From: Dickeya dadantii NCPPB 898 | GTDB taxonomy: Bacteria; Pseudomonadota; Gammaproteobacteria; Enterobacterales; Enterobacteriaceae | Length of the DNA stretch: 32,000 nucleotides | Assembly (NCBI RefSeq): GCF_000406145.1 | Contig: NZ_CM001976.1 | Coordinates: 2,443,543 to 2,475,542 of the forward strand | Direction: 5' to 3' | Part shown: in pieces, positions 1 through 9,633 of the stretch | Layout of the letters: each line of letters opens with the position of its first letter | How positions within the stretch are numbered: the stretch's first letter is position 1 | Made by a program: the position numbers and the translations under genes | Notes under the pieces: generated by a model | What the model was told of the DNA's origin: nothing | What the model saw: the letters and a program-made list of their open reading frames with translations, nothing else | Databases searched by the model: none

Positions 1-112
1 ACGCCCGGAAACGGTCCATATCGGCAATCACGCTGGGTTCTCCCAGCAGCGCCTGCACTTCTTCATGGCGCTCTTGTAACGCTTCCAGTTTGGCAACAAT
101 AGAAGGCTTCAT
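1..112 (-). CDS. prfA: Peptide chain release factor 1, N-terminal ~37 codons (gene runs off the window start)
   Basis: Reverse-strand ATG at 112-110. My translation [37 protein letters not shown] matches the RF1 N-terminus as I remember it from E. coli. It lies 47 nt downstream of the hemA stop, the classic hemA-prfA order. Confidence 0.9.
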   Translation of the reverse strand, partial: MKPSIVAKLEALQERHEEVQALLGEPSVIADMDRFRA

Positions 113-159
113 GCGGGCAGTTCAATCCTGTGTTGAATCATTATGGGGGAAGAAGAATG

Positions 160-1416
160 CTAGTTCAGACCGAGGCTGTCACGCAAAATCTGCAAACGCT
201 CCAGATCGCCGTCGCGGGCGGCCTGTTGCAATGACCGGGTGGGAGCATGAATCAGGCGATTGGTCAGCCGGTGCGCCAGTTCCTGCACGATGGCATCCAC
301 ATCGCCGCCGTTCTGTATCGCCGCCAGCGCTTTGGCGGTCATATCATCACGCAGGCGATCGGCCTGAGAACGATAGTCGCGGATGGTGTCCACCGCCGCC
401 TGCGCACGCAGCCAGGCCATGAACTCCGAACACTCCTGCTGCACGATGGACTCAGCCTGAATGGCCGCCGCCTTACGCTGCGCCAGATTGTGCTGAATGA
501 TCGCCTGCAGATCATCGACGCTATACAGATAAATGTTCGGCAATCGCCCGACTTCAGGCTCGATGTCGCGCGGTACGGCGATGTCCACCATCAGCATCGG
601 CTGATTACGGCGGGTTTTCATCGTACGCTCCATCATCCCTTTACCGATGATGGGCAACGTACTGGCGGTAGAACTGATGACGATGTCCGCCTGCGGCAAA
701 TAAGCACCCAGTTCCGCCAGCGTAATCACATCGGCGCCCACTTCTTCGGCCAGCAACTGAGCACGCTCGCGCGTCCGGTTGGCAATCACCATCCGCTTCA
801 CGCGATGCTCGCGCAAATGACGGGACACCAGTTCGATGGTTTCGCCTGCGCCCACCAGCAGGACATTGACGTCGGCCAAAGATTCGAAGATCTGCCGCGC
901 CAGCGTACAGGCGGCAAACGCCACCGACACCGCGCTGGCGCCGATATCGGTTTCGGTGCGTACCCGTTTGGCGACGGTAAACGACTTCTGGAACATGCGC
1001 TCCAGTTCGCCTGACAATGAACGTTCGCGCTGAGAATCGGCGAAGGCTTTCTTGACCTGCCCCAGAATCTGCGGTTCGCCCAGCACCAGCGAATCCAGTC
1101 CGCTGGCGACGCGCATCAGATGGCTGACGGCAGCATTGCCTTCGTGCCAGTAGAGATTTTTACGGATTTCATCAGGACTGAGCCGGTGATAATCACACAA
1201 CCAGGCGATCAACTGTTCGCGCCGGTTTTCCTGCTCTTCCACGCTGAGATAAAGTTCGGTGCGATTGCAGGTGGAAAGCAACACCCCGCCCTGAACCAGC
1301 GGTTGCTGTAACAGACTGTGCAGCGCCTGCCCCTGTCTGTCCGGAGAGAACGCTACACGTTCCCGCAGAGAGACTGGTGCTGTTTTATGATTGATGCCAA
1401 GCGCAAGCAGGGTCAT
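160..1416 (-). CDS. hemA: Glutamyl-tRNA reductase
   Basis: 418-aa ORF starting [21 protein letters not shown], with the STCNRTE active-site Cys motif and the NAD(P)-binding [13 protein letters not shown]. Same length as E. coli HemA and followed by prfA. Confidence 0.97.
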   Translation of the reverse strand: MTLLALGINHKTAPVSLRERVAFSPDRQGQALHSLLQQPLVQGGVLLSTCNRTELYLSVEEQENRREQLIAWLCDYHRLSPDEIRKNLYWHEGNAAVSHLMRVASGLDSLVLGEPQILGQVKKAFADSQRERSLSGELERMFQKSFTVAKRVRTETDIGASAVSVAFAACTLARQIFESLADVNVLLVGAGETIELVSRHLREHRVKRMVIANRTRERAQLLAEEVGADVITLAELGAYLPQADIVISSTASTLPIIGKGMMERTMKTRRNQPMLMVDIAVPRDIEPEVGRLPNIYLYSVDDLQAIIQHNLAQRKAAAIQAESIVQQECSEFMAWLRAQAAVDTIRDYRSQADRLRDDMTAKALAAIQNGGDVDAIVQELAHRLTNRLIHAPTRSLQQAARDGDLERLQILRDSLGLN

Positions 1417-1625
1417 GGTCTACAGAGTAATCCCGATGTTAGTATGGGTTTCATCTGAGTGGCATTCTACTTGAAGCCTGCGGGCAAGAAAAGTGACCCT
1501 GGGCGACTACATTCACGTTGTTCCACCGCGCCGGGCAGCATCACAGGCATTGACGCTGCCAGTCAACCCCGCTAGCGTGACGCCTTGTTGTGAACCCATG
1601 ATGCTTGTAACAGGACCTTTTCGAC

Positions 1626-2246
1626 ATGCCCAATAATCCCGTTCGCGCCTTACGGTTACTGCCTTTGGCGAGTGTGTTACTGACAGCCTGTACCCTGACG
1701 CAGCCCACCTTGCCGGGTAAAAAACCGACCTCTCCCGAGTGGCGCGAACATGAGCAAAAAGTACAAAATCTGACCCAGTATCAGACCCGCGGCTCCTTCG
1801 CCTATATTTCCGATAGGAAAAAGCTGTACGCCCGTTTCTTCTGGCAACAGCCTTCTCCACAGCGTTACCGTCTGTTGCTCAGCAATCCGCTAGGGGGCAC
1901 AGAACTGGAGCTACAAGTCAGCCCGGACCTGGTGCAGATTACCGACAATCAAGGTAAGCGCTACATGGGTAAAGACGCGCAGCACATGGTTCAGCAGCTC
2001 ACCGGCATGGCGATTCCGCTCGATAATTTGCGCCAGTGGATGCTCGGTCTGCCGGGCGACGCGCAGGATTTCGCTCTGGATGAACGCGCTCTGCTGCGCA
2101 GCGTGAACTATCAGCAGGGCGACCAGCACTGGAACGTGTCCTACCTGTCCTATACTGACGGTCCACTGCCGTTGCCGCAGAATCTGGAACTGACCCAGGG
2201 CGAGCAACGCATCAAACTGAAAATGGACAACTGGACGACGCAATAG
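1626..2246 (+). CDS. lolB: Outer-membrane lipoprotein LolB
   Basis: 206 aa with a lipoprotein signal and lipobox (LLTAC). Strong similarity to remembered E. coli LolB (QYQTRG.FAYIS...YARFFWQQ...RIKLKMDNW). Divergent from hemA and upstream of ispE, as in E. coli. Confidence 0.95.
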   Translation: MPNNPVRALRLLPLASVLLTACTLTQPTLPGKKPTSPEWREHEQKVQNLTQYQTRGSFAYISDRKKLYARFFWQQPSPQRYRLLLSNPLGGTELELQVSPDLVQITDNQGKRYMGKDAQHMVQQLTGMAIPLDNLRQWMLGLPGDAQDFALDERALLRSVNYQQGDQHWNVSYLSYTDGPLPLPQNLELTQGEQRIKLKMDNWTTQ

Positions 2247-2249
2247 CTC

Positions 2250-3122
2250 ATGGCGACCGCATGCAACCGCTGGCCTTCCCCGGCCAAACTGAATCTGTTT
2301 TTATACATCACTGGTCGTCGCCCGGACGGTTACCATAATCTGCAGACGCTGTTTCAGTTTCTGGATTACGGCGACACCCTGGCCATTACGCCACGGCAGG
2401 ATCAGCAAATCGTCTTACTGACACCGCTGCCCGGCGTTCCCGATGAACAGAATCTGGCCGTTCGCGCCGCCCGCCAGTTGCAGGACCATTGTCGACAGGC
2501 CGGATTGCCGTTTGCCGGCGCCGATATCGCCGTCGACAAACGTCTGCCGATGGGCGGCGGCCTGGGCGGTGGTTCGTCTAACGCCGCCACGGTACTGGTG
2601 GCGCTGAATCAGCTGTGGGGCAGCCGGATACCGGTCGACACATTGGCCGCACTGGGCCTGAAGCTGGGGGCGGATGTGCCGGTATTCGTGCATGGGCACG
2701 CCGCGTTCGCCGAAGGCGTGGGAGAACGGTTAACACCCGCGTCGCCGCCGGAAAAATGGTATCTGGTGGTGCACCCCGGCGTCAGCATTCCCACCCCGCT
2801 CATCTTTGCCGATCCGGATTTGACGCGAGATACGCCGGTACGCCCGCTGTCACAATTACTGACACAAACTTTCAGCAACGATTGTGAAGCTGTCGCAAGA
2901 AAACGTTTTCGTGAGGTTGAAGAGCGACTTTTATGGCTGTTAGAATACGCACCGTCGCGCCTGACCGGCACCGGCGCTTGCGTGTTTGCCGAATTCGACA
3001 CCGAGTCCGCCGCTCGTCAGGTGCTAAACCGGGCCCCGGAAGGATTGCATGGTTTTGTTGCGCGTGGTGTTAACGTTTCCCCGCTGCAGCGGCGGCTTTC
3101 CGGGCAATTCAAGGATTGCTAA
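2250..3122 (+). CDS. ispE: 4-diphosphocytidyl-2-C-methyl-D-erythritol kinase
   Basis: 290 aa. [21 protein letters not shown], the GHMP kinase motif [14 protein letters not shown], and C-terminal [14 protein letters not shown] all match E. coli IspE as remembered. Confidence 0.95.
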   Translation: MATACNRWPSPAKLNLFLYITGRRPDGYHNLQTLFQFLDYGDTLAITPRQDQQIVLLTPLPGVPDEQNLAVRAARQLQDHCRQAGLPFAGADIAVDKRLPMGGGLGGGSSNAATVLVALNQLWGSRIPVDTLAALGLKLGADVPVFVHGHAAFAEGVGERLTPASPPEKWYLVVHPGVSIPTPLIFADPDLTRDTPVRPLSQLLTQTFSNDCEAVARKRFREVEERLLWLLEYAPSRLTGTGACVFAEFDTESAARQVLNRAPEGLHGFVARGVNVSPLQRRLSGQFKDC

Positions 3123-4199
<1,077 letters not shown>

Positions 4200-4223
4200 T
4201 CGATATTTCGGCTGCAATGACTA

Positions 4224-4260
4224 CGCCACCGGATAATGATTATCCGGTGGCGTTTTTATT
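4224..4260 (+). terminator. Rho-independent terminator of prs
   Basis: Near-perfect palindrome of two 14-nt arms, CGCCACCGGATAAT / ATTATCCGGTGGCG (4224-4252, the outer ~12 bp pairing around a tiny loop), followed directly by TTTTTATT. Confidence 0.8.
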
Positions 4261-4321
4261 AGAGATGAAGAACATTTCCGTATTTTTACTGAAATACTCA
4301 ATCGTTCAACAGGATCCTTAA

Positions 4322-4523
4322 TATACCCGTCATACTTCAAGTTGCAGGTGTGTTGGCTACGTTACTCGGCCCCTCCTTGGGCCTCGCCCTTTCAGGGCCG
4401 CAGCAAGCTGCGTTCAAATCTGCTCCCGGCAGATTTGTCGTTCACCCGAATAACTTGTCTGAATAAGCTCATCGAGATTCACTCACTTGCCGCCTTCCTG
4501 CAACTCGAATTATTTGGGGTATA
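4322..4523. repeat. ERIC (enterobacterial repetitive intergenic consensus) element, enlarged variant
   Basis: The termini TATACCCGTCATACTTCAAGTTGCAGGTG... and ...GATTCACTCACTTGCCGCCTTCCTGCAACTCGAATTATTTGGGGTATA match both ends of the ERIC consensus as I remember it. At 202 bp against ~127 bp, the centre is replaced or expanded. Confidence 0.8.
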
Positions 4524-4538
4524 GACCGGAATGATCGG

Positions 4539-5324
4539 TTATAGAGCGACTTTGCGCTGAGTCCTGGCTTGTAACGCTTTAACCACAGCCTCCCCAAGCG
4601 CCGTTGCAGAAGCTGGGTTTTGTCCGGTAATTAAACGCCCATCAACAACAACGTTGTTCTCAAATATTGGTGCTTCTTCAAACTTTGCCCCGCCTTTCTT
4701 CAAAGCACCTTCCAGTTCAAATGGCACGATCTTGTCATACTGCCGGGAAACCTCTTCCGCTGCTGTAAATCCTGTGAGGCGACGACCTTTGATTAAGCTT
4801 TCACCGTTGCTGAGTTTCACATTTATGAGCCCTGCCGGGCCATGGCAAACGGCACTAATAACATCCTTGTTTTCGTACATAGTTCGCACAATATTATTGA
4901 GTTCAGTATTATTTACAAAATCCCACATCGGACCATGACCACCGACGAGCAGAATCGCAGAATATTTTGATGGGTCAACATCCGATAATTTAATCGTTTG
5001 ACCAAGCTTGTTTCGGTGTTGGGGGTTGGTCCAAAAATCCAGGCTAGCCTGATCTTTCAAGTCGAAACCATCGAAAGGAGCCAAGCCACCTTTGGGACTT
5101 GCAATGTCAAAGTCAAAACCCGCTTTATCAAAGACCTTTACTGGATGAGTCAATTCTGGAAACCAAAATCCCCCAACGAGATTTTCTGTTTTCTTATCCA
5201 GACTGGAGACGACAATTAATATCTTTTCCTGTTGTTGAGTTTCCTGGGCAGCCCCCGCAATAACAGATGCCGAGAATACGGTAATGGCGATGATGAGACG
5301 CACAAAATACGTTGCAAGTGACAT
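4539..5324 (-). CDS. Secreted/periplasmic DJ-1/PfpI (class I glutamine amidotransferase-like, Hsp31-type) protein
   Basis: Nucleophile-elbow motif ISAVCHGPAGL plus LLVGGHGPMWDF. I place the start at ATG 5324 (AAGGA 6 nt upstream), giving the signal peptide MSLATYFVRLIIAITVFSASVIAGAAQE. The track start at 5372 is a TTG without an SD. Low GC: 17 G+C in the 60-nt line at 4861. Confidence 0.8.
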   Translation of the reverse strand: MSLATYFVRLIIAITVFSASVIAGAAQETQQQEKILIVVSSLDKKTENLVGGFWFPELTHPVKVFDKAGFDFDIASPKGGLAPFDGFDLKDQASLDFWTNPQHRNKLGQTIKLSDVDPSKYSAILLVGGHGPMWDFVNNTELNNIVRTMYENKDVISAVCHGPAGLINVKLSNGESLIKGRRLTGFTAAEEVSRQYDKIVPFELEGALKKGGAKFEEAPIFENNVVVDGRLITGQNPASATALGEAVVKALQARTQRKVAL

Positions 5325-5503
5325 ATGATTTCCTTCGGATTGTTGGTGTGTCCTCACTGTATCTGAGTTCAAAACCCAGAGGTAGACGGCTAAAACGGAA
5401 CAGATTGTTTAAAAAAACATGCCAATAGCCTTGTATTAAGGTGAATTATTACCACAGAATATAAATACGCGAACGAGATGAAAATAATACGAGAGGATTC
5501 GAG

Positions 5504-6406
5504 ATGAGCCAAAACAATGATTTTGATGGGTTGCCGGAATTTCTGGCTATCTCGAAAAGGCTTAGTATTCGGAAAGCGGCTATCGATCTTGGCAAAACAC
5601 CAGGTTCAGTCAGTCAAGCGTTGCAGAAATTGGAGAATCGCCTTGGCATGCTCCTTTTTCATAGGACAACGCGTAAAATGGCATTGACAGAGGCCGGAAA
5701 GAACCTGCTCTTGAAGATAGAGCCCGCTGCGCGTGCAATTTCAGTAAGTCTCGAAGACGCGGTTCAGTCGTCAAAGGCTCCGGCTGGGACATTGAGGTTA
5801 ATCGTAGAGCGTCTGGCCTTACCGCATGTTATTGAACCTTTATTACCCGCATTCCGCCAGGAATGGCCAAATGTAAACCTGGATATTACTGTCAGTAATC
5901 GCCACAACAATTTTATTTCTGAGGGTTATGATGCGGGTATCTTGATCGGTTCATACATTGAGCAGGATATGATTGCGATACGACTTTCCAGGCCTTTTCA
6001 ATGGGCGGTTTTTGGGGCTCCAGCCTATTTCAAACTACATGGGAAACCTAAAGTCACCAATGATCTTGTTCATCATGAATGTATTCGGTTTCGTCGCCCG
6101 GAAAAAGGCGATATTTATCGTTGGGAATTTATTGAGAACAATGAAACAGTACGTATTGACCCGACAGGAGCCATTACGGTCAATGATGGTGAACTTATGC
6201 GTAACCTTGCTGTTAAAGGGGTCGGCCTCATCTACTCGTCTACATTCCACACTTCGCGCGAACTGGCAACGGGAAGCCTGGAGCCCGCACTGCTTGACTG
6301 TTCCCCAGGAAATGATGGTCTTTTTCTCTATTTTTCGAAAGCAGGCAGAAATCAACCCAAGTTGCGCGCGTTTATTGAGACATGTTCCCGTATAATGAAT
6401 GTTTAA
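5504..6406 (+). CDS. LysR-family transcriptional regulator
   Basis: 300 aa. N-terminal wHTH (FLAISKRLSIRKAAIDLGKTPGSVSQALQKLENRLGMLLFHRTTRKMALTEAG) and a typical LysR substrate-binding C-terminus. Divergent from the DJ-1/PfpI gene. GAGG SD 7 nt upstream. Confidence 0.9.
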   Translation: MSQNNDFDGLPEFLAISKRLSIRKAAIDLGKTPGSVSQALQKLENRLGMLLFHRTTRKMALTEAGKNLLLKIEPAARAISVSLEDAVQSSKAPAGTLRLIVERLALPHVIEPLLPAFRQEWPNVNLDITVSNRHNNFISEGYDAGILIGSYIEQDMIAIRLSRPFQWAVFGAPAYFKLHGKPKVTNDLVHHECIRFRRPEKGDIYRWEFIENNETVRIDPTGAITVNDGELMRNLAVKGVGLIYSSTFHTSRELATGSLEPALLDCSPGNDGLFLYFSKAGRNQPKLRAFIETCSRIMNV

Positions 6407-6474
6407 AATTTATAATATATTTTATGTTTAAAATAATTCAAATTGCAGGACAAGGCTCATTTTAGCCTTGTAAT

Positions 6475-6552
6475 ACGGTCCCAAAGCAGCGAAACACAGG
6501 GGGACCGAGTAGCAAAGCCAGAGCACCTGCAACTTGAAGTATTATGGGTATA
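6475..6552. repeat. Partial ERIC element (one half), inverted relative to the left end of the 4322 copy
   Basis: ...GGGGGACCGAGTAGCAAAGCCAGAGCACCTGCAACTTGAAGTATTATGGGTATA. Its terminal 29 nt are 27/29 identical to the reverse complement of 4322-4350. Confidence 0.6.
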
Positions 6553-6634
6553 AACATGTCGACGGATAAAGCGACACTGCCGCCATCCGGTTTCCACCAG
6601 TTGGCGCTTATTGGATATAGCCGTTACTTGTTAA

Positions 6635-6904
6635 TCAGGGATGCCGTTCGCGACGACAGCGTTTATCAAAGTGCTTCAGCCACCAATAACGATCCGTCAC
6701 ATTTTCCCGTCCACTAATACGCGCGCCCGCCAGCCACAAAATAGCGCCGGCAAAAATAGCCAGTAACTCCACGTAATAGAGCGAACCCGGCAAATTCAAT
6801 TCAGGCAGCTGATTAGCTATCGAATAAGCTATTCCGGCAATCATAAGCAACATACCTAATCCCATAAATACGTTGCCCATCATCACAGCATTTCTACGTT
6901 TCAT
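6635..6904 (-). CDS. ychH: Small inner-membrane stress-induced protein YchH
   Basis: 89 aa. MKRRNAVMMGNVFMGLG...ILWLAGAR...DRYWWLKHFDKRCRR closely resembles remembered E. coli YchH. GGAGG SD 6 nt upstream. Adjacent to pth as in E. coli. Confidence 0.85.
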   Translation of the reverse strand: MKRRNAVMMGNVFMGLGMLLMIAGIAYSIANQLPELNLPGSLYYVELLAIFAGAILWLAGARISGRENVTDRYWWLKHFDKRCRRERHP

Positions 6905-7106
6905 ATTTCACCTCCAGAAATATCCAGTGGAAATAACCAAAATATTGCTGCGTGTCTTTCTGATTTATTCACAGTATAAGCAGCACTTCACTATGGGGTT
7001 GCGTGAAGGATCACATGTTGGTGATCAAGTGCCCCTGCGTTACACTAACGGTTTTACCAATTATCCTGATACGTCGTGACCTTAGGCTCCCCTAAAAACG
7101 TATCAT

Positions 7107-7174
7107 GTGAGTCGTATCAAATTATGAGTGGTATCAAACTGTGAGTGGTATCAAATTGTGAGTGGTATCAAATT
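7107..7174 (+). repeat. Four tandem copies of a 17-bp unit equal to the first 17 nt of pth
   Basis: GTGAGTCGTATCAAATT (7107), ATGAGTGGTATCAAACT (7124), GTGAGTGGTATCAAATT (7141), GTGAGTGGTATCAAATT (7158). Copies 1-3 each encode MS(R/G)IKL followed by TGA overlapping the next start. Confidence 0.9.
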
Positions 7175-7745
7175 GATTGTAGGTCTGGCGAACCCTGGTG
7201 CCGAATACGCCACCACCCGCCATAACGCCGGCGCCTGGTACATTGACCGCCTGGCGGAAGCCTACCGACAGCCGCTGAAAGAAGAGAGTAAATTTTTCGG
7301 CTATACCGCACGTCTGTCTATGGCGGGTAACGATGTACGCCTGCTGGTGCCCACAACGTTCATGAACCTGAGCGGCAAAGCCGTAGCGGCGATGGCAACC
7401 TTCTATCGCATCCAGCCCGATGAAATTCTGGTGGCGCACGATGAACTGGACCTGCCGCCCGGCGTCGCCAAACTGAAGCTCGGTGGCGGTCACGGCGGCC
7501 ACAATGGGTTGAAGGATATCGTCAGCAAACTCGGCAACAACCCCAATTTTCACCGTTTACGCATCGGCATCGGCCATCCGGGTGATAAAAACAAGGTGGT
7601 GGGATTTGTGCTAGGCAAACCGCCCGCCAGCGAACAGACGCTGATCGATCAAGCGATTGACGAATCATTGCGCTGCACCGATATCCTGATGAAGGAAGAC
7701 ATGATCAAAGCCATGAACCGCCTGCACGCGTTCAAAGCGTCATGA
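7158..7745 (+). CDS. pth: Peptidyl-tRNA hydrolase (GTG start in the fourth repeat copy)
   Basis: From 7158 the protein reads [27 protein letters not shown]..., aligning with E. coli Pth [26 protein letters not shown]. The track start at 7128 would add a repeat-encoded 10-aa extension with no counterpart in Pth. Confidence 0.9.
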   Translation: MSGIKLIVGLANPGAEYATTRHNAGAWYIDRLAEAYRQPLKEESKFFGYTARLSMAGNDVRLLVPTTFMNLSGKAVAAMATFYRIQPDEILVAHDELDLPPGVAKLKLGGGHGGHNGLKDIVSKLGNNPNFHRLRIGIGHPGDKNKVVGFVLGKPPASEQTLIDQAIDESLRCTDILMKEDMIKAMNRLHAFKAS

Positions 7746-7874
7746 TGGGCGATCGGGCGAATCGAGTTCATGCCACATTATGTGTATAATTGGCATTAAG
7801 ACTGACTTTTTCCATTATGACAGGCTTTTTCCAAACAAAGCCTGATGATTAGTGATTTTTAAGGTGACATAAAC

Positions 7875-8966
7875 ATGGGATTCAAATGCGGTATCGTTGG
7901 GCTGCCTAACGTGGGTAAATCCACTCTGTTCAACGCGCTGACCAAAGCCGGTATCGAAGCGGCCAACTTTCCGTTTTGTACTATCGAACCCAACACCGGC
8001 GTAGTGCCGATGCCGGACCTGCGCCTCGACCAGTTGGCCGAGATTGTCAAACCGCAGCGTACCGTCCCCACCACCATGGAGTTTGTGGATATCGCCGGTC
8101 TGGTGAAAGGCGCCTCCAAAGGCGAAGGTCTGGGCAACCAGTTCCTGACCAACATCCGTGAAACCGAAGCCATCGGCCACGTGGTACGTTGCTTTGAAAA
8201 TGAAAATATCATCCACGTTGCCGGTAAAGTGAACCCTGCCGATGATATTGATACCATCAACACTGAGCTGGCGTTGTCGGATCTGGACACCTGTGAACGC
8301 GCGCTGCATCGCGTACAGAAGAAAGCCAAAGGCGGCGATAAAGACGCGAAAGTTGAACAAGCCGCGCTGGAAAAATGCCTGCCGCAGTTGGAAAACGCCG
8401 GTATGCTGCGCGCGCTGGATCTAAGCGCGGAAGAGAAAGCGGCGATCCGCTATCTGAGCTTCCTGACCCTTAAACCAACAATGTACATTGCCAACGTTAA
8501 TGAAGACGGCTTCGAGAACAACCCTTATCTGGATCAGGTTCGCGAAATCGCAGCGAGAGAAGGTTCCGTGGTAGTGCCGGTATGTGCCGCGGTTGAATCC
8601 GACATTGCTGAACTTGATGATGAAGAGCGCGATGAATTCATGGCGGAGCTGGGTCTGGAAGAGCCAGGCTTAAACCGCGTAATCCGCGCGGGTTATGAAT
8701 TGCTGAACCTGCAAACCTACTTCACCGCTGGCGTAAAAGAAGTTCGCGCCTGGACCATCCCGGTTGGCGCCACTGCCCCACAGGCGGCCGGTAAAATTCA
8801 CACCGACTTCGAAAAAGGGTTTATTCGCGCCCAGACTATCGCCTTTGATGATTTCATCACTTACAAAGGTGAACAAGGCGCCAAAGAAGCCGGTAAAATG
8901 CGTTCAGAAGGGAAAGAATATATCGTTAAAGATGGCGATATTATGAACTTCTTGTTTAACGTCTAA
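7875..8966 (+). CDS. ychF: Ribosome-binding ATPase YchF (Obg-like)
   Basis: 363 aa. [23 protein letters not shown] (G1 motif), a TGS-like C-terminus, and pth-ychF synteny. Confidence 0.98.
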   Translation: MGFKCGIVGLPNVGKSTLFNALTKAGIEAANFPFCTIEPNTGVVPMPDLRLDQLAEIVKPQRTVPTTMEFVDIAGLVKGASKGEGLGNQFLTNIRETEAIGHVVRCFENENIIHVAGKVNPADDIDTINTELALSDLDTCERALHRVQKKAKGGDKDAKVEQAALEKCLPQLENAGMLRALDLSAEEKAAIRYLSFLTLKPTMYIANVNEDGFENNPYLDQVREIAAREGSVVVPVCAAVESDIAELDDEERDEFMAELGLEEPGLNRVIRAGYELLNLQTYFTAGVKEVRAWTIPVGATAPQAAGKIHTDFEKGFIRAQTIAFDDFITYKGEQGAKEAGKMRSEGKEYIVKDGDIMNFLFNV

Positions 8967-9057
8967 ATTTTCTTCTGTTGTCTTCATGAGGCTTCACTGA
9001 TTCTCATGAAGGCCGACAAACCCATAAAATCCACGCAGTTGCGTGGATTTTTCTTTT
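8958..9057. repeat. Left copy of the ~100-bp direct repeat bounding the ychF-linked island (last codons of ychF + hairpin + ychF terminator)
   Basis: AACGTCTAAATTTTCTTCTGTTGTCTTCATGAGGCTTCACTGATTCTCATGAAGGCCGACAAACCCATAAAATCCACGCAGTTGCGTGGATTTTTCTTTT recurs at 17462-17560 with one 1-nt indel and two substitutions. Both copies are preceded by TT(T/C), so each encodes F-N-V-stop. Confidence 0.9.
9027..9057 (+). terminator. Rho-independent terminator of ychF
   Basis: Stem AAATCCACGC / GCGTGGATTT around a short AGTT loop, followed by TTTTTCTTTT. Lies inside the direct repeat, so a second copy sits at 17530-17560. Confidence 0.8.
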
Positions 9058-9123
9058 CGTAATGTCTCATGTAATGGACTGACCCCCTCCCCGGTAGACG
9101 ATCCTGGACTGGCCCTGGACTGA

Positions 9124-9195
9124 CCCCACAACCGCAAACAGCCCCATGAATCCCTGAATAATCTGACGCCAGCAGAATACCGGCATGATGGCTGA
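9124..9195 (+). pseudogene. Relic of the 3' end of an rve/DDE (IS3-family-like) transposase gene
   Basis: The frame reads [23 protein letters not shown]-stop, the typical (YN..)RPH.SL..LTP.EY transposase tail. About 75% nt-similar to an inverted copy at 15728-15791. No upstream transposase body. Confidence 0.5.
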
Positions 9196-9633
9196 AAAAC
9201 CGGATATATCAAAAAGTACGTGGAACCAAAACGGGTGTGCTTACACCATCACACACTGACAAAATAGGTCGCAGAGAAAATAGCCCGATAATATTTAACC
9301 GTTTGTTTTTTTAATGAATATATTCTTCGCGGGAAATATTAGTCGCATTATCCTGTCAATAACTGGCTTATCGAAGCTGGAACAATCCACCACCTTATTG
9401 CTGCAATAAATAGCGCTAATAGACGTTGTGAACTGCTGGTAAATCCCAAGTTTCATGTGGCTTAGGTGGCTTTTATCCTTTATCGTATAAAGCATTAAGA
9501 CAATTCTTAAGGCTATATATCATGTCGACGATAAGTTGGCCTGGTAGCCCTATTCAGCAGGATTTGTGTTCACCGGGCTCCTCCATCAATAAACATGGCC
9601 TGAGTGATATATTCTCATTGGAGACGGAATTTT

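Noticed and set aside
247-1014. 255-aa plus-strand ORF opposite hemA, and similar antisense ORFs opposite prs (3294-4001), pth (7134-7553), ychF (7815-8360, 7859-8329) and dbpA (19710-20711)
   Set aside because: Each is fully embedded antisense in a highly conserved housekeeping gene. None has a recognisable motif, and none has a convincing SD or start context.
1513-1860. 115-aa minus-strand ORF spanning the hemA-lolB intergenic region and the lolB 5' end
   Set aside because: It overlaps the well-supported lolB start and the divergent promoter region. The Arg-rich sequence has no motifs.
4342-4524. 60-aa ORF MQVCWLRYSAPPWASPF...
   Set aside because: It lies entirely within the ERIC repeat element, which is a structured non-coding repeat and not a gene.
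8994-9212. 72-aa minus-strand ORF crossing the ychF terminator and direct repeat, plus the triple TGGACTG(A/G)CCC motif (9075-9086, 9105-9115, 9116-9127) that I first took for integrase arm-type sites
   Set aside because: The ORF reads through a terminator hairpin and the opposite strand of a transposase-tail relic. The short repeats sit in the degenerate region just upstream of that relic (possibly a decayed W..D..YN segment). No integrase is present to use them, so they are more simply decay or duplication debris.
9295-9495. 66-aa minus-strand ORF (MLYTIKDKSHLSHMKLGIYQQ...) in the AT-rich region upstream of the giant gene
   Set aside because: It has no SD, no recognisable family, and a composition typical of random ORFs in AT-rich promoter DNA. 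I cannot support it, although a small divergent regulator is not formally excluded.
9604-9633. Upstream extensions offered by the ORF track: GTG 9604 for the giant gene, plus 5372 (TTG), 7128, 19088, 20882, 20965 and 23642 for other genes
   Set aside because: In each case an internal ATG or GTG has a better SD. It also restores a signal peptide at the N-terminus or aligns with the remembered N-terminus of the E. coli or Dickeya orthologue. The extensions have no counterpart.
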